NCBI GenBank assembly: GCA_965603825.1
Contig: CBFDEM010000056.1
Coordinates: 186,001-250,000, forward strand
Length of the DNA stretch: 64,000 nucleotides
Direction of reading: 5' to 3'
Source of the DNA: Blepharisma stoltei ATCC 30299
Taxonomy: Eukaryota > Protista > Ciliophora
Part shown: piece after piece, positions 1-10,968 of the stretch
Layout: the number at the start of each line of letters is the position of its first letter
How positions within the stretch are numbered: position 1 is the stretch's first letter
Notes under the pieces: model-generated
What the model was told of the DNA's origin: nothing
Databases searched by the model: none
Seen by the model: the letters and a program-made list of their open reading frames with translations, nothing else
Made by a program: the position numbers and the translations under genes

Positions 1-1
1 T

Positions 2-904
2 GTACAATGTGCAACTGGAGGCTCATTAGAAGATAAAGATGATATTATTAGAGATAAAATTGACTTGCTAGATGACATAGTTGGATCTAAAGATGAGTAT
101 TGTGATCACGATGACAATGACGATAGAGACGATAGAGATGACTGCGACGACAAAGATGATCATGATGATTGGGATGATAGAGACGATCATGATGATAATG
201 ATGACTGCGATGACAGAGATGATCATGATGATTGGGATGACAATGATGACTGCGATGACAAAGATGATCATGATGATTGGGACGATAGAGACGATCATGA
301 TGATAAGTGTGATCGCGATGACAGAGATGATCACGATGACTGTGATGACAGAGATGACCATGATGATAAATGTGACCGTGATGATTGGGATGACAATGAT
401 GACTGCGATGACAAAGATGATCATGATGATTGGGATGATAATGATGACTGCGATGACAAAGATGATCATGATGATTGGGATGATAATGATGACTGCGATG
501 ACAGAGATGATCATGATGACTGGGATGATAACGATGACTGCGATGACCATGATGACCACGATGACCATGATGACAGAGATGACTGCGATGACCATGATGA
601 CCATGATGACCATGATGACAGAGATGACTGCGATGACAGAGATGATCACGATGACCATGATGATTCTTGTGGCTGTGATGAAAACCATTGGGAAAATGAC
701 GAAGATGAGCACAAATATGGCAACTGTGAAAGAGACGAACACCATAGACATCATAGAGGGCATGGATTCTCAGGAGGGTGTTGCGAAGGTGATGAAATTG
801 CAAATATTTTACCAGGAAGAAGAACTTGCATTAAAATTTATAGAGCCGATAAGGATGACTGTTGCCAATATGACGAGTCTAATCACTGTGAATCTGATGA
901 ATAA
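2..904 (+). CDS. Asp/His/Cys-rich repeat protein, 5'-partial
   Basis: The frame is open from base 2 (VQCATGGSLEDKDDIIRDKIDLLDD...) to TAA 902-904. It has a (DDX)n repeat core and a His/Cys-rich tail. The true start lies upstream of the window. Confidence 0.7.
   Translation, partial: VQCATGGSLEDKDDIIRDKIDLLDDIVGSKDEYCDHDDNDDRDDRDDCDDKDDHDDWDDRDDHDDNDDCDDRDDHDDWDDNDDCDDKDDHDDWDDRDDHDDKCDRDDRDDHDDCDDRDDHDDKCDRDDWDDNDDCDDKDDHDDWDDNDDCDDKDDHDDWDDNDDCDDRDDHDDWDDNDDCDDHDDHDDHDDRDDCDDHDDHDDHDDRDDCDDRDDHDDHDDSCGCDENHWENDEDEHKYGNCERDEHHRHHRGHGFSGGCCEGDEIANILPGRRTCIKIYRADKDDCCQYDESNHCESDE
103..662 (+). repeat. Coding tandem repeat with a 9-bp base unit (GAY GAY NNN) and a 45-bp higher-order unit (DDWDDNDDCDDKDDH)
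   Basis: Recurring copies of gatgattgggatgataatgatgactgcgatgacaaagatgatcat and its variants. Confidence 0.9.
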
Positions 905-1049
905 ACTCCAGGTAGAGCTTAAAGCTAACTAATAAAAAAAAATTTATTCAATATTTTTTACTTTCAAAAATAATTTTACAAATATTATTTAATTTTTAAT
1001 ATTTTATATAGCTACTTTAAATAATGATTATTTAATTTAGAGCATTCTC

Positions 1050-1892
1050 CTATACGTTAATGACTAATCTTTCTCTCTGTACTACAGGCGGCTCGCTTTC
1101 CCTTTCTTCCCTCTGTTCTTCTTCTATTATTGCTTCTTTTCTCAAACACCACTGACAATTTGCCCTTAAAAATTTTTGAGCTTGTGGTGGAATTTTATCT
1201 TGATTGAAGAAATAGTATACGATTGTTGCAAGTGCACTACAAACAATCACAAAAATCAAAAATGTAATTAAATATCCCACAACATTAATATTTTCCTCTT
1301 GGCTTTCTTCTGCGGCATCTTGGCAAAACTGTCCTGAAAACCCAACCGGGCATTCACAGTTCCCATCAGCACAAACTCCTCCATTCTTGCATTTCCCAAA
1401 ACAAGCCATGCTATTCGTGGATCTGACTTGAATTTCGCTGCATTGATAAAAAGTTCCAATATAAGTTTTCCAAATCCATTGCAAAGTGCATTCATCGCAT
1501 GTAAAATGATCAGGAAATACTATAGTTTTGCTTTCATGATAAAGCTCTTTTCTTCCACATGGAAACCACCCTGATCCATCTGCTGAGTTATCAGTTGGAG
1601 CCAATGTTACATATTTATTGAAATCTGTCCCTGATGTAAGTCGAAGGGTGCAGTTTCCAGTCTCTGCAGGGTGAACTATCATTCAGGTCACAGGGTGATA
1701 TTGCCCTGGCTCCGCTAATGTATGTGCTAAACCTTTTCCTCGGCCTCCACATGGAGGATCTTCCATGGTTTTTCCGGAAGTGTCTTTTCTGGGCACTGGG
1801 TCGATTAGAACGGCTTCCTAAATAAAGTTTACAGGCTTTATAGGGGTCGTCTGCTGCGCCAAAGCTACGCTTATTAAAAACAGCAGGATCAT
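1050..1892 (-). CDS. Type I membrane protein: signal peptide, LPMO-like/chitin-binding-type-4-like domain, EGF domain, TM helix
   Basis: ATG at 1892 (MILLFLISVALA). A 15-nt intron at 1818-1832 and TGA=Trp at 1683-1685 join it to ORF 1050-1682. Motifs: LIDPVPR..PPCGG, CDECTLQWIW..FYQCSEI, EGF CKNGGVC..CECPVGFSGQFC, and a hydrophobic TM. Confidence 0.8.
1818..1832 (-). other. 15-nt spliceosomal intron GTAAACTTTATTTAG
   Basis: GT..AG with A at position 10. Removing it deletes an in-frame TAG and joins the signal-peptide exon to the rest of the gene. Confidence 0.85.
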
Positions 1893-2383
1893 TTTTAAAC
1901 TATTTATGTAAGAAATGATGGTTAAACAGAAATTGGTCTAATCCGCTTATGCTTATAGGGTTGATTTTAGAAATCTTTAGGCCAGATTTGAAAATTCTTT
2001 ATATAAGAAAGATTTTTGAATTATGAAAATATTTTCTTACAAATGAGTGATAATCATTAATAAAATTTTGGAAATTTTAGACAGCCACTCTTTGTGTTAT
2101 TGCTTCATTTTGTTATCCCATTTTCTCTTATTGAATGTTTATTTTTCATCAAAGATTTTTCACTTATTAAATTGTGTAGAGATGCATATATAAACAAATT
2201 TAATTTTTATCAGAATCTTTTCAATGAATATAAAAATGATCCTTCAAAATTATAATAGCTAAATTAGAATGGATTTTTTCTTATCAATTTTAAATAATTC
2301 TCTTGGTAATAAAAATATTAAAATCAATTTAAAATTTTATAAAACTCACAAAAAACTTGACTTCCATATTAAATTCTTTACAA

Positions 2384-3682
2384 ATGCTAAAATTTTATCT
2401 ACTTATTTGGCTAGCCCTCGCTTCAAGCTCAATTTATCAGCCTGAACAAATCCATCTCTCCTGAACTGAGCACGAAAATGAAATGCGCGTTACTTGAATA
2501 ACCTATCTTCAGCTTGACTCATCAGTCAAATATCGCCCCCTTCTCTGCTCAAATATACTTTCAGACTGGCTCACTGTGCCTTCCTCTATCCAAGGTTTTA
2601 ATGCAGGAGAAATCATATACCGTCTCCAATACATATACACCTCGGTAATTCCAAACCTAAGACCAGACTGTTTTTATGAATATTATATTACCAATCCGAT
2701 GGCACAAAGCAAAGTCTATATGTTTAGTGGGAGAACTCCAAATTCTTCGCTCCCCAATAAGGACTCTCAAAATCTTTTATCAATGATTATTTATGGAGAT
2801 TTAGGGATAGGAAAAAATTCAAAACATGTAAAAAATAGACTGAGTCAGGAAATAAAAATTAGAAGCTTTTTAGGAATACTTCATATAGGAGATATTGCAT
2901 ATGATATGGACCAAGATGATGGCATGGTCGGAGATAGATTTTTGAACTCTGTCCAAGACATAGCAGCTAATTTTGCATATATGGTAACGCCCGGGAATCA
3001 TGAAATTAGGCATAACATGACACATTATAGGACAAGATTTAAAATGCCTTTGAATGATGCAAATAATGGGACAAACTGGTTTTATTCTTTTAATTTAGGA
3101 GCTGCACACTTTATTATAATAAATACTGAATTGTACATTTATGATCACCCAGAGCAAATTTTAACACAATTTAACTGACTGAAGCAAGACTTAGAATATG
3201 CAAATAAAAACCGAGACACTTGGCCTTGGATTTTTGTGCTTACCCATCATCCTCTATATTGTTCTCTAATGACAGTTGCTCAATGCACACATGAAGCTGA
3301 GCTATTAAGATCGTCTTTAGAGGATTTGTGATATGAATATGCAGTTGATATAATGTTCGAAGCCCATAATCATTATTATGAGAGATGCACACCAATTTAT
3401 AAGAATGCTCCGATAAAGAGTGAGTATGATGATTTCAATACTCATTACAATGCAAATGCAACTCTGTATATAATTACTGGAAATGGAGGAAATAATGAAG
3501 GGCATAATGACCCAGTCCCAGAAGTCTGGCAGGAATGAACATTATTTATGACTGAAGAATATGGGTATGGAAAGTTAGAAGTTTTTAATAAAACACATAT
3601 GCGCTGGATACAATATGGAGCAGTAAGTGGAAGGGAGATAGACCATGTGTGACTTATTAAAGATAGAACGAGATTTAATTAG
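2384..3682 (+). CDS. Secreted purple acid phosphatase (ACP7/PAPL-like)
   Basis: One frame with TGA=Trp. Signal peptide, PEQIHLSW..MRVTW, and metal-ligand motifs GDLG, GDIAY, GNHE, HHPLY, AHNHYYER. Ends at TAG 3680-3682. Confidence 0.92.
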
Positions 3683-3686
3683 ATAA

Positions 3687-5093
3687 TTAATCACTAATTG
3701 CTCTTCTCCTTTTTTCGCACCTCTCCTTTCTTGGGCAGGCTTGCTGATCATGACCTTTGTCGAAACATAAAGAACAACTCAAGCAGGAGTGATTCAGATA
3801 ATTCCAAGTCTGACCACATTTGAAGCAGAGATTATTCGCTTTTAGATAATCTTTTCTTGATACTTTATCTTTAGCAATGTTTTTTAAAGGATTGTATAAT
3901 CTTAGCAGATTATTTAGATCCTCAGTTTTTGAGTTTACTAGCATTTCTAGCCCTTCATCATCTACTATCAAGCCATTATGGATGAATATGTTTAAGTCTT
4001 TTCGGACCTTTATAAGCTCAAAGAAAGCATCGATATCAATTCTATATACTTCGTTTAAGAAAGTATTTATCGCAATATTGACAGATTCTTCAGTTTCCCC
4101 TTTTAATTCTCTAGCTTCTTGAATTTGATTTAAACTTGATATTTTTGTTCCGAAAAAGACACTGAGCTCTTTGCAAACGTCGTCACGAATTCAACCAATG
4201 ACCTCGCGCATAGTAGATTTGAACTTTATACTACAGATGTCTAATTTAAGATCTTGAATCTCATTATGAAAACATTCTTTCTGATCCTGAAGCTTGAGTT
4301 CAAAATCATTCTTCTGATCCTGAAGCTTGAGTTCAAAATCATTCTTCTGATCCTGAAATCTGCGTTCAAAATTTGCTTCAATATCTTGGTTTTTTCTATT
4401 AAAATGCATTATTAGTCTCTCCTGGGCTTTAAACTTGTTTTCAAAATATAGCTTTTGCTCCTCGAGTTGCTTTTGTATAAAGCTAAATCGCTCATCCATT
4501 TCTTTTTTATCATCAAAAAGTGCCTTATTTTCTTCTGCTATACCTGAAAGACTTTTTATCTTTTGTATAAGTTTCTCATTCAAATTATGGTTCGAAACGT
4601 TCTCTTGAATTTGTTCTTGATTTTCACTAAGTAGCCTTGAGTTCTCGTTAAGCAATACGTTTGATTGCACGGCCAAATTGTAATACTTGTTTCTGTACTC
4701 TGAGGCATTTGCTACAAGAAGATTAAACCATTCTGTCCGCTCCTTTGATAATTCTTTGAATACATCAATTAGCTTATTACTGAATTCGAAAAGTTCATGT
4801 TCTTGCAGACATCGATGTAATCTCTTTTCAACATCTCCTATTAATTCTAATGCTCTTTCGTTATCTCTAAATAGATCTTTAAGTAGCTCTATTGCTTCTA
4901 TAATTTCATCATATGTTTTAGCTTGAGGTAGAGCTTCTAATTTAGCTTTGCATGAATTGATTTTATCTTGCAGATCATAAGAATCTGTTTGATATATGAT
5001 GTCATGAGCTAGTAAATGTTTCTTGTCATGACGATTTTCTTTAGTGATTATGTCCAAGAGTTCCTTAAGCTTGTTGTCTGAAGCCCCTTGCAT
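3687..5093 (-). CDS. Coiled-coil protein with C-terminal CCHC zinc knuckle(s), Gag-like
   Basis: ORFs 4191-5093 and 3687-3971 are in one frame, joined through TGA=Trp at 4191-4193. The C-terminus has LCFKCGQTWNYLNHSC and CSLCFDKGHDQQAC (CX2CX4HX4C). Confidence 0.8.
4279..4357. repeat. 33-bp coding tandem repeat, about 2.4 copies (LQDQKNDFELK)
   Basis: ttctgatcctgaagcttgagttcaaaatcattc occurs at 4279 and 4312, with a partial copy at 4345. Confidence 0.9.
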
Positions 5094-5227
5094 TTCTATT
5101 ATTATTATTATTGATTTATTTGCATATTAATGTTAATTACTCTTCAGTATCCTAAAAACACTAACCCCCAATAATTAGTTTTTATTAAATTTATCAAAAT
5201 TTATAATTAATTATTAATATTGTTAAA

Positions 5228-6076
5228 ATGTTTAGCGACTCCGATTCCTTTACTTATTCCCCCAGCATCCTAAAACAGCTTGAGCAGCAAAACGCAATCC
5301 TTGAAGAAGAAAATAAGCAGCTTCGAGCAACATCATATTTAAAAGGCGAGCTTGAAAAAACCCGAACTGAGCTCATAAGAATGACTTCCCTTAAAGAGCA
5401 ATTTGAAGAAAAATACAACGAAATGGCTGTGAAATGCATGTACTTAGAAATCGAAGACTCAATGATTTATGATGAAAACGAACAAATCACGCTTTTAAAC
5501 AAAAAAATTGAAATGCTGATGCATGCAAATGAAGATCTAAGAAAAGAAGCAAAAAAGTCTAAAGAGGAAGCTTTGAAATATCAGATGGAAAATGTGAGGT
5601 TGCTAGAAGATCTAGAGAGGTACAGAAAGGAAGCTTATAAATTAAAAGAAAATAAAGGACAGAAAGAGAAGGCTGTCAAAGGGAATGATAAACCAAGTGT
5701 CCCAGAGATGCAGCATGTAATCGTTAGTGAAGAAAGGGTAGAGCCTTGTGAGTATCCAAATAAATCGCCAAGCCCAAGGATTGAGCCTAAGAAAAGTAAA
5801 CAAGCTGTAACTGTCAGAAAATCAGCCCCAGTCCAAATAACGACTCAGCCAACTTTTAATTTTGCGCTTTCGTCGCCTAAGTTTTGTGCTACTCCAACAG
5901 TATCTGCATTATCTCCTCGTCAAAAAGCATCACCTATAAGAACAGCTACAAATCAGCATGCAAAATCTCAATATTTGCCAAGCTTTTTGAGGAGTAAACG
6001 AATAATTCGAAAAGATAAAAAGCCAACTCCAAGAAATTCAAATGGAAGCACTCAGTTTGAAATGCCTGTTGATTAA
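5228..6076 (+). CDS. Hypothetical coiled-coil protein with a Ser/Pro/basic tail
   Basis: 282-aa ATG-TAA ORF with a heptad-rich N-terminal half. Confidence 0.75.
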   Translation: MFSDSDSFTYSPSILKQLEQQNAILEEENKQLRATSYLKGELEKTRTELIRMTSLKEQFEEKYNEMAVKCMYLEIEDSMIYDENEQITLLNKKIEMLMHANEDLRKEAKKSKEEALKYQMENVRLLEDLERYRKEAYKLKENKGQKEKAVKGNDKPSVPEMQHVIVSEERVEPCEYPNKSPSPRIEPKKSKQAVTVRKSAPVQITTQPTFNFALSSPKFCATPTVSALSPRQKASPIRTATNQHAKSQYLPSFLRSKRIIRKDKKPTPRNSNGSTQFEMPVD

Positions 6077-6398
6077 TTAAATTATTTTTGATTCAGATTA
6101 TTTATTTAATGTTGTGATTTATGCTGATTTAGTATTACCTTAAATTGGAAAAAATATAAATAATCTTCAAATTGGCACTTTTCAGATAAAATCTAATTAT
6201 AATATATATCAAATAAAGCTTAGCAAGTTTATTACGTAAAATTATCATATATTTTTATCAATTATTTCTGTTTTTAATTACTGAGAATAAAGTTTTTCCA
6301 GCCAAATTTATTATTTTCTGCACTTGAACTATTCATCAATGAAATAAAATCTGACATGTATTCTCTATGACTCCATTTACGGCTTATAATAATTAGAC

Positions 6399-7064
6399 AT
6401 GGTGGAAGCTCCTCAGTCTGTACAATTCAAGCTAGTCTTAATTGGAGACGGTGGTGTAGGAAAAACCACTTTTGTCAAGCGCCACCTCACCGGTGAATAC
6501 GAAAAGCGCTATATCGCTACAGTAGGTGTCGATGTACATCCACTCACTTTTTACACAACCCGTGGCCCAGTCTGCTTCAATGTTTGGGATACCGCAGGAC
6601 AAGAAAAACTTTCAGGTCTTAGAGACGGCTATTATATTGGTGGCCAATGTGGCATTATTATGTTTGATGTCACTTCACGTATCACTTATAAGAATGTGCC
6701 AAAATGGCACAGAGATCTAGTAAGAGTATGTGAAAACATACCAATTGTGTTAGTTGGGAATAAAGTGGACGTCAAAGATAGAAAAGTCAAGGCTAAGCAA
6801 ATCACTTATCACAGAAGACACAATCTTCAATATTTTGATGTATCAGCCAAGAGCAATTATCAGTTCGAAAAGCCTTTCTTATGGCTTGCCAGAAGACTTT
6901 CTGGGGATGCTAATCTTATGCTTGTTGAAGCTCCTGTATTAGCTCCTCAAGACGTTCAGATTGATCCAGAACAGATGGCAGAAATTGAAAGAGAAAACGC
7001 AGAACTTGCAAGCTTGCAAAATGCTCCATTGCCAGCTGAAGATGAAGATGAAAACTTAGGCTAA
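6399..7064 (+). CDS. RAN: Ran GTPase, copy 1
   Basis: [43 protein letters not shown] and acidic tail DEDENLG. Confidence 0.97.
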   Translation: MVEAPQSVQFKLVLIGDGGVGKTTFVKRHLTGEYEKRYIATVGVDVHPLTFYTTRGPVCFNVWDTAGQEKLSGLRDGYYIGGQCGIIMFDVTSRITYKNVPKWHRDLVRVCENIPIVLVGNKVDVKDRKVKAKQITYHRRHNLQYFDVSAKSNYQFEKPFLWLARRLSGDANLMLVEAPVLAPQDVQIDPEQMAEIERENAELASLQNAPLPAEDEDENLG

Positions 7065-7389
7065 GATGAATATTAATTAATTTTAACCTAATTTAATATT
7101 AATTAAATGCATTTTTATATGCTAAAGCATGCTAAATCGAGTTCTGATTGCGTAAAAGAAGCTCATTAAGCTTGCTTCCAAGGCAAAAATATCAAAAGAT
7201 TAGGGTCTTAACTCTGCTATTTTATTGTAAATTAATGTGTCTTATATATTAAATTGAGTACTATTGTCATACAGGCATAAGCAATAAGCTATAATAAGAA
7301 TTGGTATTTAGAATAGTAAATAGGGAATAGAATAGTAAAAATAGGAACTTAAGTATCTACCATTTACCCGCGATATAATAAATTTAGAT

Positions 7390-8052
7390 ATGGAAGCTCC
7401 ACAATCTGTACAATTCAAGCTTGTTTTAATTGGAGACGGAGGTGTTGGCAAGACAACCTTTGTCAAACGTCACCTCACAGGTGAGTACGAAAAGCGCTAT
7501 ATCGCCACAGTAGGCGTCGATGTACATCCACTGACATTTTACACAACCCGTGGCCCAGTCTGCTTCAATGTATGGGATACAGCTGGCCAAGAAAAACTTT
7601 CAGGTCTTAGAGACGGCTATTACATTGGGGGTCAATGTGGCATTATCATGTTCGATGTCACCTCACGTATTACTTATAAAAATGTCCCTAAATGGCATAG
7701 AGACCTCGTCAGAGTTTGCGAAAATGTTCCGATAGTCTTGGTTGGTAACAAAGTTGACGTTAAAGATAGAAAAGTCAAGGCTAAACAAATTACGTACCAC
7801 AGAAGACATAACCTTCAGTACTTTGATGTGTCTGCTAAATCCAACTACCAGTTTGAAAAGCCTTTCTTGTGGCTCGCCAGAAGGCTTTCAGGGGACCCTA
7901 ATCTTATGCTTGTAGAAGCCCCAGTTTTGGCACCGGTTGATGTTCAGATTGATCCAGAGCAGATGCTAGAAATCGAAAGAGAAAACGCTGAGCTTGCAAA
8001 CTTACAAAATGCTCCATTGCCTGCTGAAGATGAAGATGAAAATCTTGGTTAA
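7390..8052 (+). CDS. RAN: Ran GTPase, copy 2
   Basis: Same motifs as copy 1. The protein differs from copy 1 by about 5 substitutions and one residue of length. Confidence 0.97.
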   Translation: MEAPQSVQFKLVLIGDGGVGKTTFVKRHLTGEYEKRYIATVGVDVHPLTFYTTRGPVCFNVWDTAGQEKLSGLRDGYYIGGQCGIIMFDVTSRITYKNVPKWHRDLVRVCENVPIVLVGNKVDVKDRKVKAKQITYHRRHNLQYFDVSAKSNYQFEKPFLWLARRLSGDPNLMLVEAPVLAPVDVQIDPEQMLEIERENAELANLQNAPLPAEDEDENLG

Positions 8053-8095
8053 AGATGCGTAATAATTAATTCATTTTGTGAATTTTAATTTTTTA

Positions 8096-10333
8096 ATGTC
8101 TGATTTTTATCAATATAGTCCTCCAGGATCTGCACTTATGACTGTGAGAACTCCTCACAATAAATCAAAATCAAGGAATTCAGCAAGATCATTGCATAAT
8201 TCACCTAACTCGGGATCATTGCCATTTATAGATAGAGCTGAAATAAAAACTGCTCCAAAACCAACTACATCTAATGATAATACTGAGAGAGAAACAAGGC
8301 TCATTACAAAGGAACCAAAAATATATAGAGCGACCAAAATTGTATTAAAAAATAATTATTCTTCAATGAGCTTTGGTAACGTGGAATCGTTCTTGAATAT
8401 GAATATAGAAGAGATTGATATTTATGAACTGAGAAAAATTATGCAAGAACTGATTATAAAACAAAGAGAGCTGTTTAGAAATCTCACTGGGAGATGCGAA
8501 ATATTAGGAAATATGATACGAGTTGTAGAAAACAGCGAAAATTTTTCAGAAAGGGAAGCTAAATCATTAATCCAACTTATTCATGAAATGGCTGAAACTG
8601 CTGCTAATACTTCAGAAGTGGAAATTAATTTTGGTGTAAAAAGCAGGGAGTTAGAAAGGAGGAATTTAGAATTTTCTGCTTTGAAAAGCAAATATGAGTC
8701 ATTGTTAAAAAGATCGTATCAGTCTGAAAATGAGAATAAGGATTTAAAAGAAAAATTAAAAAATCTTCAAGAAGAAAACGCTAGGCAATCTAAACTCACC
8801 ATGACAGAACGGCAAAGATTTTCACGTAGCTTTTATATAGAAATCACATCAAAAATCCAATCACTTGAAGAAGGACTTCAAGCTATGGTCATGACCCAAG
8901 CTGGAAACAACGTAGATGTTGCTGGAAAATTAAAAGGCGCTATAAATGCTTTATTGCGAGAAAGCCAAGATTACCGCAAAGAAATTCAAGAAATGTAATA
9001 GTAATTTAGGAAAAAAGAAAAAGATATATTGGAAAGCAACATACAAAGATTAAACAGAAAAGTGACGAGGCTAACTATAAAATTAAATGAAATAAAAAAT
9101 AGACAAGCAAGAATTGAAGAGCTTGATTTACCAATTGTTTATAAAATAAATTTCGAAGGAAAAGAAAGAGAAATGAATGAGCCAAGAACGCTACAGTATA
9201 GAATTAATAATTTAGCAGCTGAAAGAAAGCAATTTATGAATGACATCTTAGAGCATGGAACTCAAGCCTTGGCACAAATTTATGACACGCCCAGCAAAAT
9301 TGTATATTTAGATACAGTCATCGAAAAAATGCTAAATTTAAATGATTTTGTGGAGCAGGTTGGGCTGATAAAAAATGCTTTAGGAATAATCGCGAAAAGT
9401 GAAGATTTATATGCATTAATAAATTCTATTAATACTGAAATATCAGGATTGCTAAATGCAGAAAGATGCCATTTTTGGATATATGAAAAATCTACTGAAG
9501 AAATATGAACGGTAGCAAATCATAATGAACATAAATTTAGAGCTGATATAGGCCTATTTGGGACGATTTTAAATCAAGGTGGGTATATTAGTACAAATTC
9601 TCCTCAGCAAGAAAATAATTATTCTCCAGAAATTGAAAATGCCATTGGGTATCATACAAATTCTTTATTGTTGTATCCAGTAATGAATTATGAAATCCAA
9701 CAAATATTGGGTTTTTTGGAAGTTGTAAATAATTGTACAGGACACTTTGAGCATGATGATGAGTATTTAGCAGAATTAATTTTACCTACCATTTCATCGC
9801 TTACATTAAAAACCTATTCAAATCATTCTATTGTCACTATGAATCGCATGAAAGATGATTTAATTAAATGCTCGATCGACCTCTTAAAAGTTACTAACCG
9901 AAAAGATTTATTAAAAATTTCAGAAAAATGAATTTGCAGCATTTTTTCAATAAACCAATGCAGGATCTGCTTAGTTTGTGACGGTAAAATACAAAGATTA
10001 TCTGGCGAAGAAGTAATAGATATACCGAAAAATGTTGGATTATGTGGACTAGTTGCAGAATCCCAAATGTCTGAGCATATCAAGGACCCATACAATGACA
10101 CCAGATTTAACTCAGCGTGCGATTTAGAGGTGACTTTACCTTTATTTTTTATTCCAATAACAAAGAAAAATCACACTATTGCAGTCTTGCAGATTCCTTT
10201 TAAAAATTCAAAAAGCTCTTCGGCAAAGCACCATAGATTAGGTTTAAGCCAAAGCCCAGCTATACAAGCATTTGGTAGCTTATTTGTTGGGTTTATTAAA
10301 TTAGTTGAAGAAAGAGAAAAAAATAAAAACTAA
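8096..10333 (+). CDS. Coiled-coil protein with tandem GAF-like domains
   Basis: Four ORF-track pieces lie in one frame, joined by the intron at 8995-9009 and TGA=Trp at 9506 and 9929. GAF-like motifs: LLNAERCHFW..EEIW, TNSLLLYPV..ILGFLEVVN..FEHDDE, GLCGLVAE..IKDPYNDTRFN. Confidence 0.8.
8995..9009 (+). other. 15-nt intron GTAATAGTAATTTAG
   Basis: Removing it deletes in-frame TAA/TAG and gives EIQEMKKEKDILES. Confidence 0.85.
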
Positions 10334-10341
10334 TACATTAT

Positions 10342-10689
10342 TTAGGGTTTTCTATAGAAATTTCTAATTTTTTTGAAATTGTGACAAGGGATTTTATACT
10401 TGGTATAGAATTCTAAAAGCTTTGATAGTAATTCTTCAGGATTTAGGGAGGACAATTCTTGAAGAAATGGGGGAAGATCGTTGTTTTCATTATGAAGTAT
10501 GTTTTTTATAAATAATTTGATCATGGCATCCTCGGATTCTTGAGGGGTATTTATTTCTTTTATTTCATCTTCAGGCAAAAAATAATAAGGAGGAATAGTG
10601 TAGATTTGGCCACAGCCACTGATAGATGCAATTTTATCTTGAACTTTGGCATGTAAAGCACGATGCTGAGCTTCTAGGCTAGTGTCCAT
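10342..10689 (-). CDS. Hypothetical protein, 115 aa
   Basis: ATG-TAA ORF with coding-like composition, convergent with the GAF gene. Confidence 0.6.
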   Translation of the reverse strand: MDTSLEAQHRALHAKVQDKIASISGCGQIYTIPPYYFLPEDEIKEINTPQESEDAMIKLFIKNILHNENNDLPPFLQELSSLNPEELLSKLLEFYTKYKIPCHNFKKIRNFYRKP

Positions 10690-10968
10690 TTTATAAATGA
10701 TTATAAGGGGTATAAGAATTTTTCAGAAAGTATTAAGCAATTTCTATTTAGATTTAATTTTTTATTTAAAGTAATTAACAAAATTTTATTTATCAATTAT
10801 ATTTTAATTTTGGATCATCCTCTTTCTTATAAGTCCTTTATGAGTAAAAATGGCTTGAAACTGATTTTCATTGCAATTATTGTTTAAATCCTTAAAAAAA
10901 AGCTTATAAATTTCATAAAAGCTTAATGTATTATCCCCATTAGGATAAAAAATTTGTATTGTATTAAT

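Noticed and set aside
103-662. Repeat array as a possible CRISPR array
   Set aside because: It is a tandem coding repeat with no unique spacers, there are no cas genes, and the context is eukaryotic.
68-932. Overlapping long ORFs in other frames and strands (Met/Thr-rich, Ile/Val-rich, His-rich)
   Set aside because: These are by-products of the GAY-GAY-NNN repeat lacking stops. Third-position variation is synonymous only in the Asp frame.
7308-7348. Short direct repeat (tagaatagtaaa..tagg) between the Ran genes
   Set aside because: Two imperfect AT-rich copies with no evidence of function.
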